A DNA stretch of 64,000 nucleotides from Macrostomum lignano (taxonomy: Eukaryota), in the NCBI GenBank assembly GCA_002269645.1, contig NIVC01003150.1, positions 52,377 through 116,376 on the forward strand. Reading direction: 5' to 3'. Both the position numbers and the translations under genes were made by a program. The notes below the pieces were generated by a model. The model made no database searches, was not told where the DNA came from, and was given only the letters and a program-made list of their open reading frames with translations. Every line of letters begins with the position of its first letter. Position 1 is the first letter of the stretch. Of this stretch, positions 35,801 through 49,552 are shown piece by piece.

Positions 35801-38414
35801 TTTGGCCCAGGCGCAGATCCAGAAAATTTTTGAAGGGAGGGGGCCAAGCTATACCAAGCACTATAAGCTAGGGCCTAACCTCATATTGGAAAATAGACCT
35901 GGCATAGTAGCAAGCCAAAAAAGTAGGCCTATGATCAAAATTTCTTTGGCTGCAGCTGAGGGGGCCCCTTGGCGCGCCCCCTCCCCCTGTTAAGTTTGAT
36001 TTTTTATATAAAAAAACCATAAGGCACAATATTAATATATGGATTTTGTAACCCTAAAGCAATTATTGATTTCAATAATAGGTCACTAGAGTATAGGAGT
36101 ATAGCAGCCATTTTGTCTGCTGCATTTTTGTTGACCAGCAGCAGATAAAAAGACTAAAATAGGTAAAATGTAGCTACATTTTCTATGAAGCTTATTTTTC
36201 CTGATGAATTTGGGCCAATTGCCAGCAATGTTGTTACTCCAGCAATTTTAATTGCTGAATAATAGGCCTAATTTTTATTTCTAATTTTATATACGATTTT
36301 AACATTTTTATTGCTCAATTTTCATGAATGACACTCTACTCTATGACGTCTATGTTAGTGCAGCCTTATTATAAAAAATGGCCCTCCAACTACTACAATT
36401 GTGGCTACTGCCTTCAAAGCTTGAACGAGATAAAATCATTCATTCAGATCTTTGACTACCTAGGATATTTGCTTGATAAAGACCCATAAAGTCCATTAAG
36501 TGCAACTGAGGTGGGGCGGAAAATGAAAATAAACTCGGATCTTAAACTCGGCTTGATGTTAGCTGGAATACCAAATGTGCGGCGGTGTAATTTTGAATTG
36601 CCGCCGACGTTGAGTTCACATGAATTTAATCCGGATAATCGCGCAGACGAATCTCAACGAAATTTCTCCTGATACTCCGGCTGCCGGGGTCCTCAATTCC
36701 CAGGGGAGGGTAGTTTCGGTCGTAGACGAGCGATCTTCGTTAGGCGCGAACGTCCAGAGCGGGTCCTTAGACACCGAAATTAATGTACCTCGAATGCTTG
36801 ACTGATTACTTTCAGTAGAGTAGCGCTGCCACCACCGTAGTTGATTTTGATTAGAGGTCGGTCGGGAGGGAAAGGAAAAAGGAGCAAAACAAAAAACAAG
36901 AAAACAAAAACCGAAAAAACTTAAGGGGGGAACAGGCGCAAGGAGGGCGGGGTTAAATACCCGAAACACGGAGCAAAAGGTGGTCAAAGAAGACCAGGAA
37001 TGGGACGGGGCGAGGACACCAAGGTCCAGAACATGGCGAGAGAAAAATTCCGCAGAAAAGCACAGGAAGAACAAAAAGAACCAGAAAAAGAGCATACAAA
37101 AACCAGAAAATGTGGCGGTTAAACCAGCTGAAAAAGGGGCTAAAATACTACGTCATAGCTTGCGCCAGGGGGTGGACAGGTAGGATCATAAATTGGAGCG
37201 CAGTAAATTAGAACGTCCATAGAATGTTCTTGTAAAAAGATTCAAATTAACCGATCAAAGTGGTAGTGCCGACTACCACACAACCAACATGAAGACGAAG
37301 TATATATGAAATTTTAGCTTAAAATGCATCCAGTAAAACAAATACCCTTAACATACGAGCCAGGCCATGCCAGTTGCACATATCTATTAGCAGGGATACA
37401 TGTAGCTCTAGCATCGCGAAACAATTGTTGAAATCATGCAATGTTAGAAATCTAAAATATCTCTTAATGCGTATTATTTTATTTTTATTTACCATTATTC
37501 ATTATTCACCCAATTTATGCCACTGCATGACCCGAGCAATGTTTCTGGCCAGTTACGAGCGTGCAATTGGGGGTGCAGTCGAATTTGTGACAGCGACCTG
37601 CAATATGTTAATCTGCCAAATTATTGCCTACATAGTCACAAGTCAGTAAAGATCGAAACAAGGACTTTATAGTCGTCGTTGCTTTACATGTGGTTCTCCT
37701 TGGATCGAAAACGAGTGGCGGATCGAGGACATAAGTATATACAAGTATGTTTTGTCTGCGTTTGCTGGGTTCGCTCGATCAGCAGTCCAAAATGTGCTGT
37801 CTTGTCCGATCCGAAGTGCGAAAAAGTTGGACATTAAATCCATACACGCCCCATGATCATTTTTACGCCGCGAGTACCGGTGAGTTGTACATGCATGTAC
37901 TGCCATTGCTGGTGCTCGTGCGGATCGAGCTTGATGCATGCATGCGGCCCTTAACTGTACCATATCGAGGACAGGTGCGCACTGAGAGCTTCGTCGACTG
38001 CCTGCTGGCTGACATTGTCGCGCCCAGGTACGCATAGCGGCCTAATTAGGATTGCGCCAGGGCACTGAGAGGGCCGTATTCAATTAATTGTGACTGTCTC
38101 CAGTTATAACATGTAGTGATTTAGATGTACATCATGTAGTTGCCGAACTGATTCCAGAGTCCTACTCAATACACATTATGTAAATTTACATGTAGCTCTG
38201 AACATGTCCTCTTAACTCATCTTTTAAACAAAAAAATAGCCACGGAATTCAATAAGTGAAGCTGGTAGGGTAACAATTAACTGATATTTTCCATAGAGTG
38301 CTTAATTGTATAAATAAACTCCCTAAAATTTAGTTTAGACCATGGGTAACTAAACTTATTTAGACTTGATTCCCACAATCAAGCCGATTCTAATATCGAA
38401 TTATCAACGCGAAA

Positions 38415-41400
38415 ATGGATTTGACAGAATTTACGGACGAAATCAACAGCATCCTAGCGGAGCCCCAGTCCCTAACAGTGCGCCAGGGCATGCAGTTTGC
38501 CAGCAGGCTGCACAACTTGCTGCTGCCGCGCCCAGCCGCTCATCACAAAGTCGCTCCTCTGTGGAGCGGCGCCGACTCAAACGACTCATCAGTGCCAGCC
38601 GACGCTCAGAGCCCGCAGCTTCAATTCATGAAACAGTTTGAGCGCGTGCTCAAGCTAGGCATCGACGAAATGCGCAGAAGACTCCTGGACGCAATGAGCT
38701 GCAGTGCAAAGCAGCTGGACTCCGCATTGTCTAATGAGACAGCTGCTCAATGTTGGCAGCTGCTGATTGAGCACTTTCTGGAGCCTATGAATCGGTTGAA
38801 TACGTTTTCTCGGGTAATTAGAGCCTGCCTGAGTCCCATGAGACAGTGGCTGAGCGACAGCGTGCTGATCGGGCACCGCAGCCTCTGTCTTGCCGATTTA
38901 ATTCGCCAAGTCTGCTTGGAAAATTTTCTCAAGCACGTAGCCAGGCAGGTGGCTGTTTCCATTTTCCACGAGATTCACGCCGCGGGCCGCAGTTGGGAGA
39001 CCAGCGAACTGCAGCCGGTGCACCAGTTCGTGAGCCTGCTGCAAGAGTACGAAAGATTCCAGATGTACCTGGCCACCGATGGGCATCGAATCTGCCCGTA
39101 CGATCGGTGGCAGGGCGGCAGCTCTACCGAGGATGCAGACGCCGCCGCCGACTCTCCTGAGCAGTTCACCGTGGCCAGAGTGCTGGTCAAGCCGTACCTG
39201 CACTGCCTGGAGCAGTTCTACCAGCCAAAGCTGCATCCGTTCGACTCCAACTTGGTTGCTCGCAGCGTCAGCGACTGGCTGATGACTGAGGAGCTGCTAG
39301 CCGTCAGCTTCAACGTTCACGGCTTCCGCGATGCTGTAGTCAGCTGCCTGCTGCAGGAGACGGTGAAGGCGCACCTGGCTGAGCTTGGCGAGACGGTGAA
39401 GCAGCTGCTGATTGACAGCGACAGTCACGGGCTCAGCTTGTTCTTCAGCGTCATGATCATGGTTGACGGCGGGCAGGAGCACCTTCTGGAGGTCATCAGG
39501 CGATTCGTTAAAGACAAAATGCTCCAAGTTTTTGACGGAATTAGAGAGGAATTCAGATCGTTGGATCCTAATTCGGCTAAGGTGCGCTCAAGTCCATTGT
39601 TGAGTAGCCGCTTTGACTTTTGAGATTCTGTTGAGATTGGTGTGATACTAACGATTCTCGGGTATCGGGTAGGATTCTCAGGTGAATTTTTAGGGAGAGA
39701 TTCTCAGGTAGACATCTGTGATGAGATTCTCAGGTAGATATTTTGAGGTGAGATTCTCGGGTAGATTTTGGGTAGAGATTCTCAGGTAGATATTTGAGAT
39801 GAGATTTTTAGGGTGAGATTTCAGGTTTAGTTATATAGATTCTCAGGTAGATATTAAGGTGAGATTCTCATGCAGATATTTGGGGTGAGATTATCAGGTA
39901 GATATTTGGGTTGAGATTCTCAGGTAGATATTTGAGATGAGATTTCTCGCGAAAGTTCTCTGTAATGACCTCATTGCGCTGTCTCACTCGCCCTTCTCAA
40001 CTCAGGCCACCTCAATGTACATCGAGGCCTGCGTCTCGCAGCTGCGCCACTGCAAATCGATCATCGAGGCGACCATCGAGCTGCAGCAGCCGTCTCTCAG
40101 CAGGAGTCTCCTGTTGGGCACGGTGAGACTGAGAGCCGCGCATGACTGCCAGATGATTGAGCAGACTGGGCGCTTGGCGGACCTTTAAACTTTGAACTTG
40201 GCGGAATAAATTTAATCAAAATTGCAATCAAGTTTAGTCCCGATGAGATGAAATGAAATGCGCGTTGAGCTAAAAAACGAGACCAGATAAGATAACAATG
40301 AAAAAAGATAAGATCACACTTAGGATAAAATGACGCGACCCCCAGACCAAAAGCCTGGGGGACTGCTCCACGGGACATAAGAGTGAGATAAGAAAATAAA
40401 ATAAAATACGATAATAGATAAGGCAAAGATAATTGGCTGAGATGAGCCAAGAAAGAAAAATCGAAATATTGAAACCTTGTACTAAAACTGCTCTAAAGAA
40501 GACAAATGTATTTCAATATTCCCCCTCGCAGGTCCGAGCCGGCATCGCGGACGTGTTGAACTCTGGCGGCGTCGGCCCGCTCTCGTCGGTGGGCAGCGGC
40601 TACCCGGCGGCGGCGCTGGCGCACCATTTCCACAGGCAGATGCGCGCCGTGCGAGCGCTGGACGCCGCGACAGTGGAGGCGCTGGGAGACTTGGTGCGCC
40701 TGCTGGGCCAGTCTGGGTGCTCGGTTAGGTGCGGGGTTTCCGCTAGTGTGGGGTTCCGCTGGTGCGAGGTTTCCGCTAGTGTGGGATTCCGCTAGTGTGG
40801 GGTTTCTGCTAGTGTGGGGTTTCTGCTAGTGTGGGGTTTCTGCTAGTGTGGGGTTTCTGCTAGTGTGGGGTTTCTGCTAGTGTGGGGTTTCTGCTAGTGT
40901 GGGGTTTCTGCTAGTGTGGGGTTTCTGCTAGTGTGGGGTTTCTGCTAGTGTGGGGTTTCTGCTAGTGTGGGGTTTCTGCTAGTGTGGGGTTTCTGCTAGT
41001 GTGGGGTTTCTGCTAGTGTGGGGTTTCTGCTAGTGTGGGGTTTCTGCTAGTGTGGGGTTTCTGCTAGTGGGGTTTCTGCTAGTGTGGGGTTTCTGCTAGT
41101 GTGGGGTTTCTGCTAGTGTGGGGTTTCTGCTAGTGTGGGGTTTCTGCTAGTGTGGGGTTTCTGCTAGTGTGGGATTCCGCTGGTGTGGGGTTTCCGCTAG
41201 TGTGGGGTTTCTGCTAGTGTGGGGTTTCTGCTAGTGTGGGATTCCGCTGGTGTGGGGTTTCTGCTAGTGTGGGGTTTCTGCTAGTGTGGGCTTTCTGCTA
41301 GTGTGGGATTCCGCTGGTATGGGAGTCTGCGAGTGTGGTGTTTCAGCTGGGGTGGGGTTTCATTTTTTCTGTGTGGGTGCAGGATGTGTGGGTTTGTCGT

Positions 41401-44400
41401 TTGTGTAAGTTTAGAATTTCTCTTCGTTTTGGGTGTTGCTAAATAAAGTGACAGGCACAGGTGCAACCATTGCGTGGTCAGATGACGCTCTACAGCCTGC
41501 TAGAGGACAAGGAATCGTTCATGCTGCGCTATCACTCGCTTCTGCGCGAGCGCCTGCTCTCGGAGGCCTCCGAACAGCTGAGCCTCGAGGCGGAGACCTT
41601 CGCCCTCGACAGCTTCACCCAGCTGAGCGGCTGGAAGGCTCTCTACGAGGTGAAAAGTGTGCTCAAAGATTTCCGCGAATCAGAGAGTTTCAATGCGGAG
41701 CTGCGCGAACGGACGGATTATCGCGACCTGCAGCGACGGCTGTTCGGCGGCCAGGTGCCCGTCCGGTTCACCTTCGCCCGCGGCTACTTCTGGCGGATCT
41801 CCGCCGAGTCTGCGCGCCTGCCGCGCCAGGTGACCAGCTGGGGCTGGGATGGAGGGAGATGGGAGAGGAAGCGAAGGAGATATAGAGAGAGAGGGAGGGG
41901 GAGAGAGAGAGGGAGAGAGTGAGGAGAGAAGAGAGTGAGAAGGGAGAGAGTCAGAGGGGAGAGAGTCAGAGGGGAGAGAGTCAGAGGAAAGAGAGTCAGA
42001 GGGGAGAGAGTGAGCGAGAGAGGGAGTGTGGGGAAGATCCCTGCCAAATCCATCATAACTTCTATGTGAGTTAGGCGTTTTCATGCAGCAGCACTATAAA
42101 ATTCAAAAAGATTTTGGAGTCCTTTAAGGCCTATCTATAGCTGTTTGCTAATGTGATTTATAAGCCTTTAAATGTAAAGAAACTAAGCCAGGCCTGTGTC
42201 GATAACCGATATGTATCGAAATTAATTTTGACGATGGTGAGTGAAATGTAGAAGCAAGGCTTGCACGCACGGATAGGAACCAGACATCCGCATCCCCTGC
42301 AGCTGGCTCCCGTAGCCGAAGCGGCTGTCCGAGAGTACGAGTCGCGGCACAGCGGGCGCAGGGTGAGCCTGGTGCACTCGTTCGGCTCCGGCCTGCTGGC
42401 ATTCTGGCCGCGCCAACGCGCCGCACCGATTCACCTGCGCTGCTCTGCCGCGGTGCTGCTGCTGCTGCTGCACTGCGACGAAGCTGAATCGGACCGGGGC
42501 GTGACGGAGACCCAGCTGCAGCTGAGCACCGGGATGAAGCAGACGGAGCTGGCGTTCTACCTGCACCATCTGAGCCGCGCCGGGGTGCTGCTCGAAAATT
42601 CTGACAGCAGCGAAGTGCAGCAGTCTGAGATCGAGGACGAGGACCGTGGCGGTGGAAGTCGGAGACGGTCTCGTTGTTACGCTGTCAATGACGGCTTTGA
42701 CAGGTGAGCGGAGTTGAAGCTTAGTCGGTCGGTTCCAAATATTCATTTGGGGCTTGATGCGTGAACGAAAATTGACCGGGTGGGTTGTCACAGGGTGTAC
42801 ACATGCCTGACGATTAGAAAGTGTCAGGACCGCTGTACACCTGTGTGAGCGAGTGCATGAGCCCGTGCCTGCGTACAGTATTGACACACGCTTGCATGTG
42901 TTCAGGAGTCAGCGGACTGGTTGTGAGGGAGCTGCAGGGAGTGGTGTACAGTTGATCCCACCCGCTCCGCAGTGACGCAAAGCAGGTGAACCTGATGATC
43001 CTGCAGCAGCAGCAGGCCCAGAAGCAGCGCAGACGCCTTGAGAAGCTGGACCAACGGATGAAAGAGAAGAAAGTCCAGTGCGCCATCGTAACAGTGATGA
43101 AGCAGCGGCGTCAGCTGACTAAAAAAGATCTTTTCCAATTAGTGCAGGAACAGCTGCAGCAGTTCACACTGCAGACTGCCTTTTTTGCGGTGAGTTGCTG
43201 GGGTCCTTAATCCAAAAAGCTTGAATCTGTGTGGCATTTATCCAATTTAACCTTATATAGCTGCTTTTGTTTAAGATCTTTGTTCTAAATTTAATGGTCT
43301 TTGTGGGGCCTAGTCAATCCAATTTACATATAGATCTGTGTGCAGCCAAGTCAATCCAATTCAGGTCTTTGTGCAGCCTAGTCAATCCAATTCAGGTCTT
43401 TGTGCAGCCAAGTTAATCCAACTCAGGTCTTTGTTCAGTCTAGTCAATCAAATTCAGGTCTTTATGCAGCCTAGTCAATCCAATCCAGGTCTTTGTGCAG
43501 CCTAGTCAATCCAATCCAGGTCTTTGTGCAGCCAAATTAATCCAACTCAGGTCTTTGTTCAGTCTAGTCAATCCAATTCAGGTCTTGTGCAGCCTATAAA
43601 TCAATCCAATTCAGGTCTTTGTGCAGCCTAGTCAATCCAATTCAGGTCTTGTGCAGCCTAAGTCAATCCAATTCAGGTCTTTGTACAGCCTAGTCAATCC
43701 AATTCAGGTCTTTGTACAGCCTAGTCAATCCAATTCAGGTCTTTGTACAGCCTAGTCAATCCAATTCAGGTCTTGTGCAGCCTAAGTCAATCCAATTCAG
43801 GTCTTTGTACAGCCTAGTCAATCCAATTCAGGTCTTTGTACAGCCTAGTCAATCCAATTCAGGTCTTTGTACAGCCTAGTCAATCCAATTCAGGTCTTTG
43901 TACAGCCTAGTCAATCCAATTCAGGTCTTTGTACAGCCTAAGTCAATCCAATTCAGGTCTTTGTACAGCCTAGTCAATCCAATTCAGGTTTTTGTACAGC
44001 CTAAGTCAATCCAATTCAGGTCTTTGTACAGCCTAGTCAATCCAATTCAGGTCTTTGTACAGCCTAGTCAATCCAATTCAGGTCTTTGCACAGCCTAGTC
44101 AATCCAATTCAGGTCTTGTGCAGCCTTAGTCAATCCAATTCAGGTCTTGTGCAGCCTAAGTCAATCCAATTCAGGTCTTTGTACAGCCTAGTCAATCCAA
44201 TTCAGGTCTTTGTACAGCCTAGTCAATCCAATTCAGGTCTTTGTACAGCCTAGTCAATCCAATTCAGGTCTTTGTGCAGCCTAGTCAATCCAATTCAGGT
44301 CTTTGTACAGCCTAGTCAATCCAATTCAGGTCTTGTGCAGCCTAAGTCAATCCAATTCAGGTCTTGTGCAGCCTAAGTCAATCCAATTCAGGTCTTGTGC

Positions 44401-44684
44401 AGCCTAAGTCAATCCAATTCAGGTCTTGTGCAGCCTAAGTCAATCCAATTCAGGTCTTGTGCAGCCTAAGTCAATCCAATCCAATGTGCGTCGCTAGTCC
44501 AATTAGTGTTAATTATTTCGATGCTACAACATAAACAACGGTACACAAATTCCTAATCAATACACCCCACACTTCCTCGCAGGACCAGCTCGCCTATCTG
44601 GTTGCCGGGGGCTACGTGAAATTCGCCGAAGATGATGCCGCCGAAAAGACTGACGACAGCAGCATCATCGAGTACATTCCGTAA
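38415..44684 (+). CDS. Divergent cullin-family protein (about 837 aa)
   Basis: Exons 38415-39581, 40006-40122, 40532-40693, 41482-41829, 42303-42703, 42973-43189, 44583-44684; total 2514 nt, in frame. Cullin-homology motifs LLEDKESF..RERLL and YESRHSGRRVSL. Winged-helix motif VQCAIVTVMKQRRQ; C-terminal LAYLVAGGYV..EYIP. Confidence 0.85.
39625..39945 (+). repeat. Degenerate intronic repeat (GAGATTCTCAGGTAGATATTT core)
   Basis: Cullin intron 1. Confidence 0.85.
40735..41330 (+). repeat. 17-bp intronic minisatellite (CTGCTAGTGTGGGGTTT)n
   Basis: About 34 units, cullin intron 3. Confidence 0.96.
41850..42030 (+). repeat. GA-rich low-complexity tract
   Basis: Cullin intron 4. Confidence 0.85.
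43305..44485 (+). repeat. 31-bp intronic minisatellite (CAGCCTAGTCAATCCAATTCAGGTCTTTGTA)n
   Basis: About 38 units, cullin intron 6. Confidence 0.97.
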
Positions 44685-44904
44685 CAAGGCGGAGTGAGCA
44701 ACTTGCATAGCTATCATTTATTTCAAAGTTTTTAAAAAACCGTAAGAAACCGTAAGAACATGGCTACTTTTTGAACGAGCGTACTTTATAGTTCTCTTAA
44801 TTTCTAGAGCAATATACGCGATTAAACAGATTCTTCCTACACTTTTCGGAAGTAGTTCCGTACTTTATTTGAATAATAGAGATGATAATGCTAGCCACAG
44901 CTTC

Positions 44905-45225
44905 AAGGTGATGGCAGATGATGCAACTGCTGATGATGACTAGGTGATGGCAGATGATGCAACTGCTGATGATGACCAGGTGATGGCAGATGATGCAACT
45001 GCTGATGATGACAGGTGATTGCAGATGATGCAACTGCTGATAATGACCAGGTGATTGCAGATGATGCAACTGCTGATAATGACCAGATGATTGCAGATGA
45101 TGCAACTGCTGATGATGACAGGTGATTGCAGATGATGCAACTGCTGATGATGACAGGTGATTGCAGATGATGCAACTGCTAATGATGACAGGTGATTGCA
45201 GATGATGCAACTGCTAATGATGGCA
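44905..45225 (+). repeat. 35-36-bp minisatellite (GGTGATTGCAGATGATGCAACTGCTGATGATGACA)n
   Basis: About 9 units downstream of the cullin. Confidence 0.93.
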
Positions 45226-47374
45226 TCAGCTTCAAGTGATGGCTGGCGCAAGGCATCAAGAGTTCCCCAAAGAAGCAAGTCGATAGAAAGGCCACCAATA
45301 ACAAATATCTGCGTAGTTTTACAGGATGCTGCCGAGAAAAACAAAAAAGTTATAACAGCAGAGAATGCTATATGCTAGATTTATATATTTATGAATATGA
45401 ATATGTATGCTAGTTTGCGGTTCATATAACGTGGGAGAAGCTGTTTTCAAATTTAATTGCAAATTAGAATTAGTAATAGTGATGAAGATGAGAGCAAAAC
45501 TGTACCCAGTGTTACGGGCCAACTTTGCATAGCTTTAGTGAAATATAATAACCACTCAGGTGCAACCGAAATTGATAATGTATAGAGCAGGTTAAATAAA
45601 AAAAGTTAGAAGCAGAGGCCAAACAGGTGAGAGGGGCGCAAAAGATGGGAGATTAGCTAAGCTAGGCGACAGCTGGGATTATTTAGCCAGTTAAAAAAAG
45701 GCGATTAAAGACAGACTAACTAGATTGCAATCATACTACTTATTAATTTCATTATCAGTAGTAGCAAGCGCAATATGGCTCGCGGTTACAACAATCAAGC
45801 GCGCACACCTATTTTTTATAATACTAAAAAGCGATTAATAAATAAAAAGTGCTGCATCATTGAGACAGGTGAGAACGGAACCAAAATGGCGGACTAATTG
45901 GAAATAAATTAGACCAAGAGTACAGACAGACAACATACAAAGGCTTGCTTCTCAAAGATTGTAAGTCTGCATAATCGGCTATAGTTTTACTGCAAATTTT
46001 TATATAACGATAATAATAATGATAATATATAGTTATAGTAATTATATTATTAAATAATAAAAGCTGCAGACACATGGGGGACTGCCACGATATCTATATC
46101 GCTGATTAACATTATTATTAACAATTAAATTAACAAGCAAACGGTTAATATAATATATATGATATAATATATGAAACAGAATTATTTACACAGTTGCAGT
46201 GAGACACACAAAAAGGTGCAAAAACTAGTGGAGGACGCGTCGAAGCGTTAAGTACGAGTTTTTACGCAAGTCAATATATAATGATGGAGAACCTTATGCA
46301 CAGCTGAGTGAAATTATAAATATATAAACATACTAAACTGGTCATTGCTCGCGAGGCAAAGTTGCGAAAACAGGCATGCATTTCATCGGCTGGGGAAGAG
46401 GCTAAAAAAGCCCTAGCTGGCGTTTGCTCTACAAAAACCGTTGAATAAATAAAATTAGGCGACAAAAAATTGTTCATACTACTACTACTATTAACGACAA
46501 GTAGTATAATAAAGGCAGGTGAATATACATGCAGTTTAGATTAGAAAAAAACAATTAAAACCGATATCGTATATTTTTACATGTACTAAAAATGTTTATA
46601 CAAAATAAATTAGTAAAACGCGACGGCTGTGCAAAGACGCGCAAGTGGCTACTGACAGTAATATCGAGTAGAAAAAAGCCCTATTAGTACAGGTGAGCTA
46701 GTTCCAGACTTTCTTTTTTTATAAAAAGCAGCATTGATCCCCAAAACGCTCAATCAGGGATTTTACAGGGGCCACGATTTAAAACTAATCAATTTGCAAT
46801 TCTGCATGCGCTTAAAAAGTTTTTTCTTACATAAAAAACGTACACTTGAATCCAGAAATTGATACATGCGATTTCAAAGCAATTTATATGTGTATAAACA
46901 GGATAAACACACAGATAGAGGGGGGGGGTTCATCACAAAGGATTATCATAAACGGGAGGCCAATAGAGATGACTGAGCTACAGAATAAAATTAATTAATA
47001 ATTAAGCAGCATTAGAAGCTATATAAAGGCGAGCGGACATAGAGAAAAATACTACTGAGTTTAGCTAGGCAGCAGTAGTATCGCTAGTGACACGCAAACA
47101 CACAAATCATATATGCTGGACTCCAAAGCATAAATACTGGATATGATAATTATCATAACATCCGCGTGACAATAATCACTCTCAGCTGCATTAATTGGAA
47201 CTCTCGGGCCAGTTGATAAACCTTTTTTGAGCTTTTTTCCTACCTGCAGATTTATCAGGTTCGGGCGCTCTCTATCCGATATCACGTGACCAGCTGACAC
47301 TTCTCAAGATCACGCGCTTAATTACGCAACAGCTGAAGTTTCATAAAGTTGAATTACCTTGTCTGTACACTGCA

Positions 47375-49493
47375 TCAGAACGGGTAGCGGTGGTTCAGCG
47401 GCATGGTGGGCAGCATCGGATTCCTATACGGGTCCGAGGTGAGCGGCGGCCTCAACTGGCCGCCGGCAGCAGCCGCCGCGCCGTAGACATTAGCAGCGGC
47501 GGCGGCAGGATTATAGAAACCGGACGGCGGCATGAAAGCGGCGGCTGCGGCGGCGGCCGCGGTGCCGGGATGAGCAGCAGCGGGTCCGGCCGCGCCAGGC
47601 TTGGGCGGCTGGACGAACGGGGCAGTCGGGTAGCTGCCAATGGCGCCCGGGTCCCTGGCGCCGTACAGGCTGGAGTTGTACGGCAGCGACTGGTGCAGCG
47701 GGTTGTACAGGTCCGTTGAGGCTCGGTAGGCGTCGCCGAACGACCGGTAGGGATCGGGCTTGGCCGCTGGGGGCGGGGGGAGGCAATTGGCATCAGAAAT
47801 AGCATTTCCATGCTAATCCTATGGGTGTCACTCTGGTTGTGGGATCATTGTGTGTGGGAGTTCGATTCTCAGTGCGTGGGATTTCGATTCTCAAAGTGTA
47901 TGATTTCGATTCTCAGTGTGTGGGATTTTGATTTTCAGTGTGTGGGATTTCGATTCTCAGTGTGTGGGATAACGATTCTCAGAGTGTGAGATTTGTGTGG
48001 GATCATGACTCAGGGTGGGGTAATTGTGTGGGACCATGACTCCGAGTATGGGAATTGTGTGGGATCATGACTCAGAGTGTGAGATTAGTGTGGGATCATG
48101 ACTCCAAGTGTGGGAATTGTGTGGGATCATGACTTAAGGTGTGTGATTTGTGTGGGATCATGACTTAAGGTGTGTGATTTGTGTGGGATCATGACTCAGA
48201 GTGTGGGATTAGTGTGGGATCATGACTCAGAGAGCGGGAGCCGCCTTACCAGAATCCGAGGACAGCTGGTTGCGCAGATACTCGAACGCAGCCGTCGGAT
48301 TGGCAGTCGAGGTTGCCGCCGAGGCAGCGCCGGCGCCGGTGCCGTACGCATCCCACGGAGTTGCCAGGCCCAGCGACGTCTGGCCAGCGGCGGCAGCGGC
48401 GGCGGCAGCAGCGGCTGCGGCTGCAGCAGCCGACGAGGTGGCCGACGAAGCCGTCGACGAAGCGACGGTGGCCGATGGTCCGGCGGCCGGCTGTAGGCCG
48501 GGTGCGACAGTTGACGAGGTGGACACGGCGGAGGCGGGGTCGGCGGATGAAACCCCAGCCTGCTGCTGGCGTACTGCGCGTACGGGCCGGCGGCGTCCAT
48601 GTACTTGGAGCCGAGAGCGGACAGGGAGCGCAGGTGATCAGGGTGCACGGGAAAGCTCGGCCTATTAAACTGATTGTTAAACATCTGGCCGTAGGCGCCA
48701 GCTGAATAATAGGACGCCAATAGGGACGAAGACGAGCCCAGAGCGCCCAGGCCGGCAATGGAGCCCAGCGCCTTGGCCTGATCTGCTGCAGCCGCGGCCG
48801 CAGCTGCCGCCGCAGCTTTGGCTTGCTGCTCCTGCTGCGGTTGCTGCTGCTGCTGCTGCACCTGTTGAGCCTGTTGCTGGGAGGCTGCTTTACTATGCCG
48901 TCCGCCAACCCGCTCCTTGTCCTGAATACTCTGTATATCTTCGAGCACCTCGTCTAGGAAGTCTTTGCCGGCGTCCGATTGACCGGCAACGCTGGGCGGA
49001 TCTCGGGTGACGCTGCTGATGAGGTCCGGAATCTGGTGCCGGTGCTTGGCCGGGGTGCCGCCAGCGGAGTCGGACGGCTGCCGTTTCATCGCCTGCTGCG
49101 AAGTGGACGGGCCGCCACCGCTGCGTCGCTTGACGGCGGCCTCCGAAGCTACCACGGACGAGGCCGGGGTGACAATGTCGGTGATGGAGTGGCCGACCTT
49201 GGCGCTAGCGGCCTGCTGCTGCTTGTCCTCTAAGAAGTCGATAAGATTTGAGTCCTGCTCCAGATTGCTAATTATGCCGTCAATCTGCGAGTCGATCTGC
49301 TTAGGCGCCGCCGGCACACCGTGGGGCGGGCCACCGCCTCCCCGACTTGCCGATTGCTGATGCGCCTGAAGCTGCTGCTGCTGCTGCGGCGGCTGCTGCT
49401 GGCCGGCAATGGGCGGAATGTACGGCGCGTCGTTGCTGCTATCTAAATCGCTGAAGCCGTACAGGCAATTCTCGTCTTGCTGAGCTTGAGAAG

Positions 49494-49552
<59 letters not shown>

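Noticed and set aside
45300-47300. Short ORFs in the AT-rich region between the cullin and zinc-finger 3' ends
   Set aside because: No motifs; probably UTR or intergenic DNA
48220-48552. C-terminus of the 1493-aa ORF as given in the track
   Set aside because: The alternative frame reads more naturally and splices in phase to exon 47766-47375
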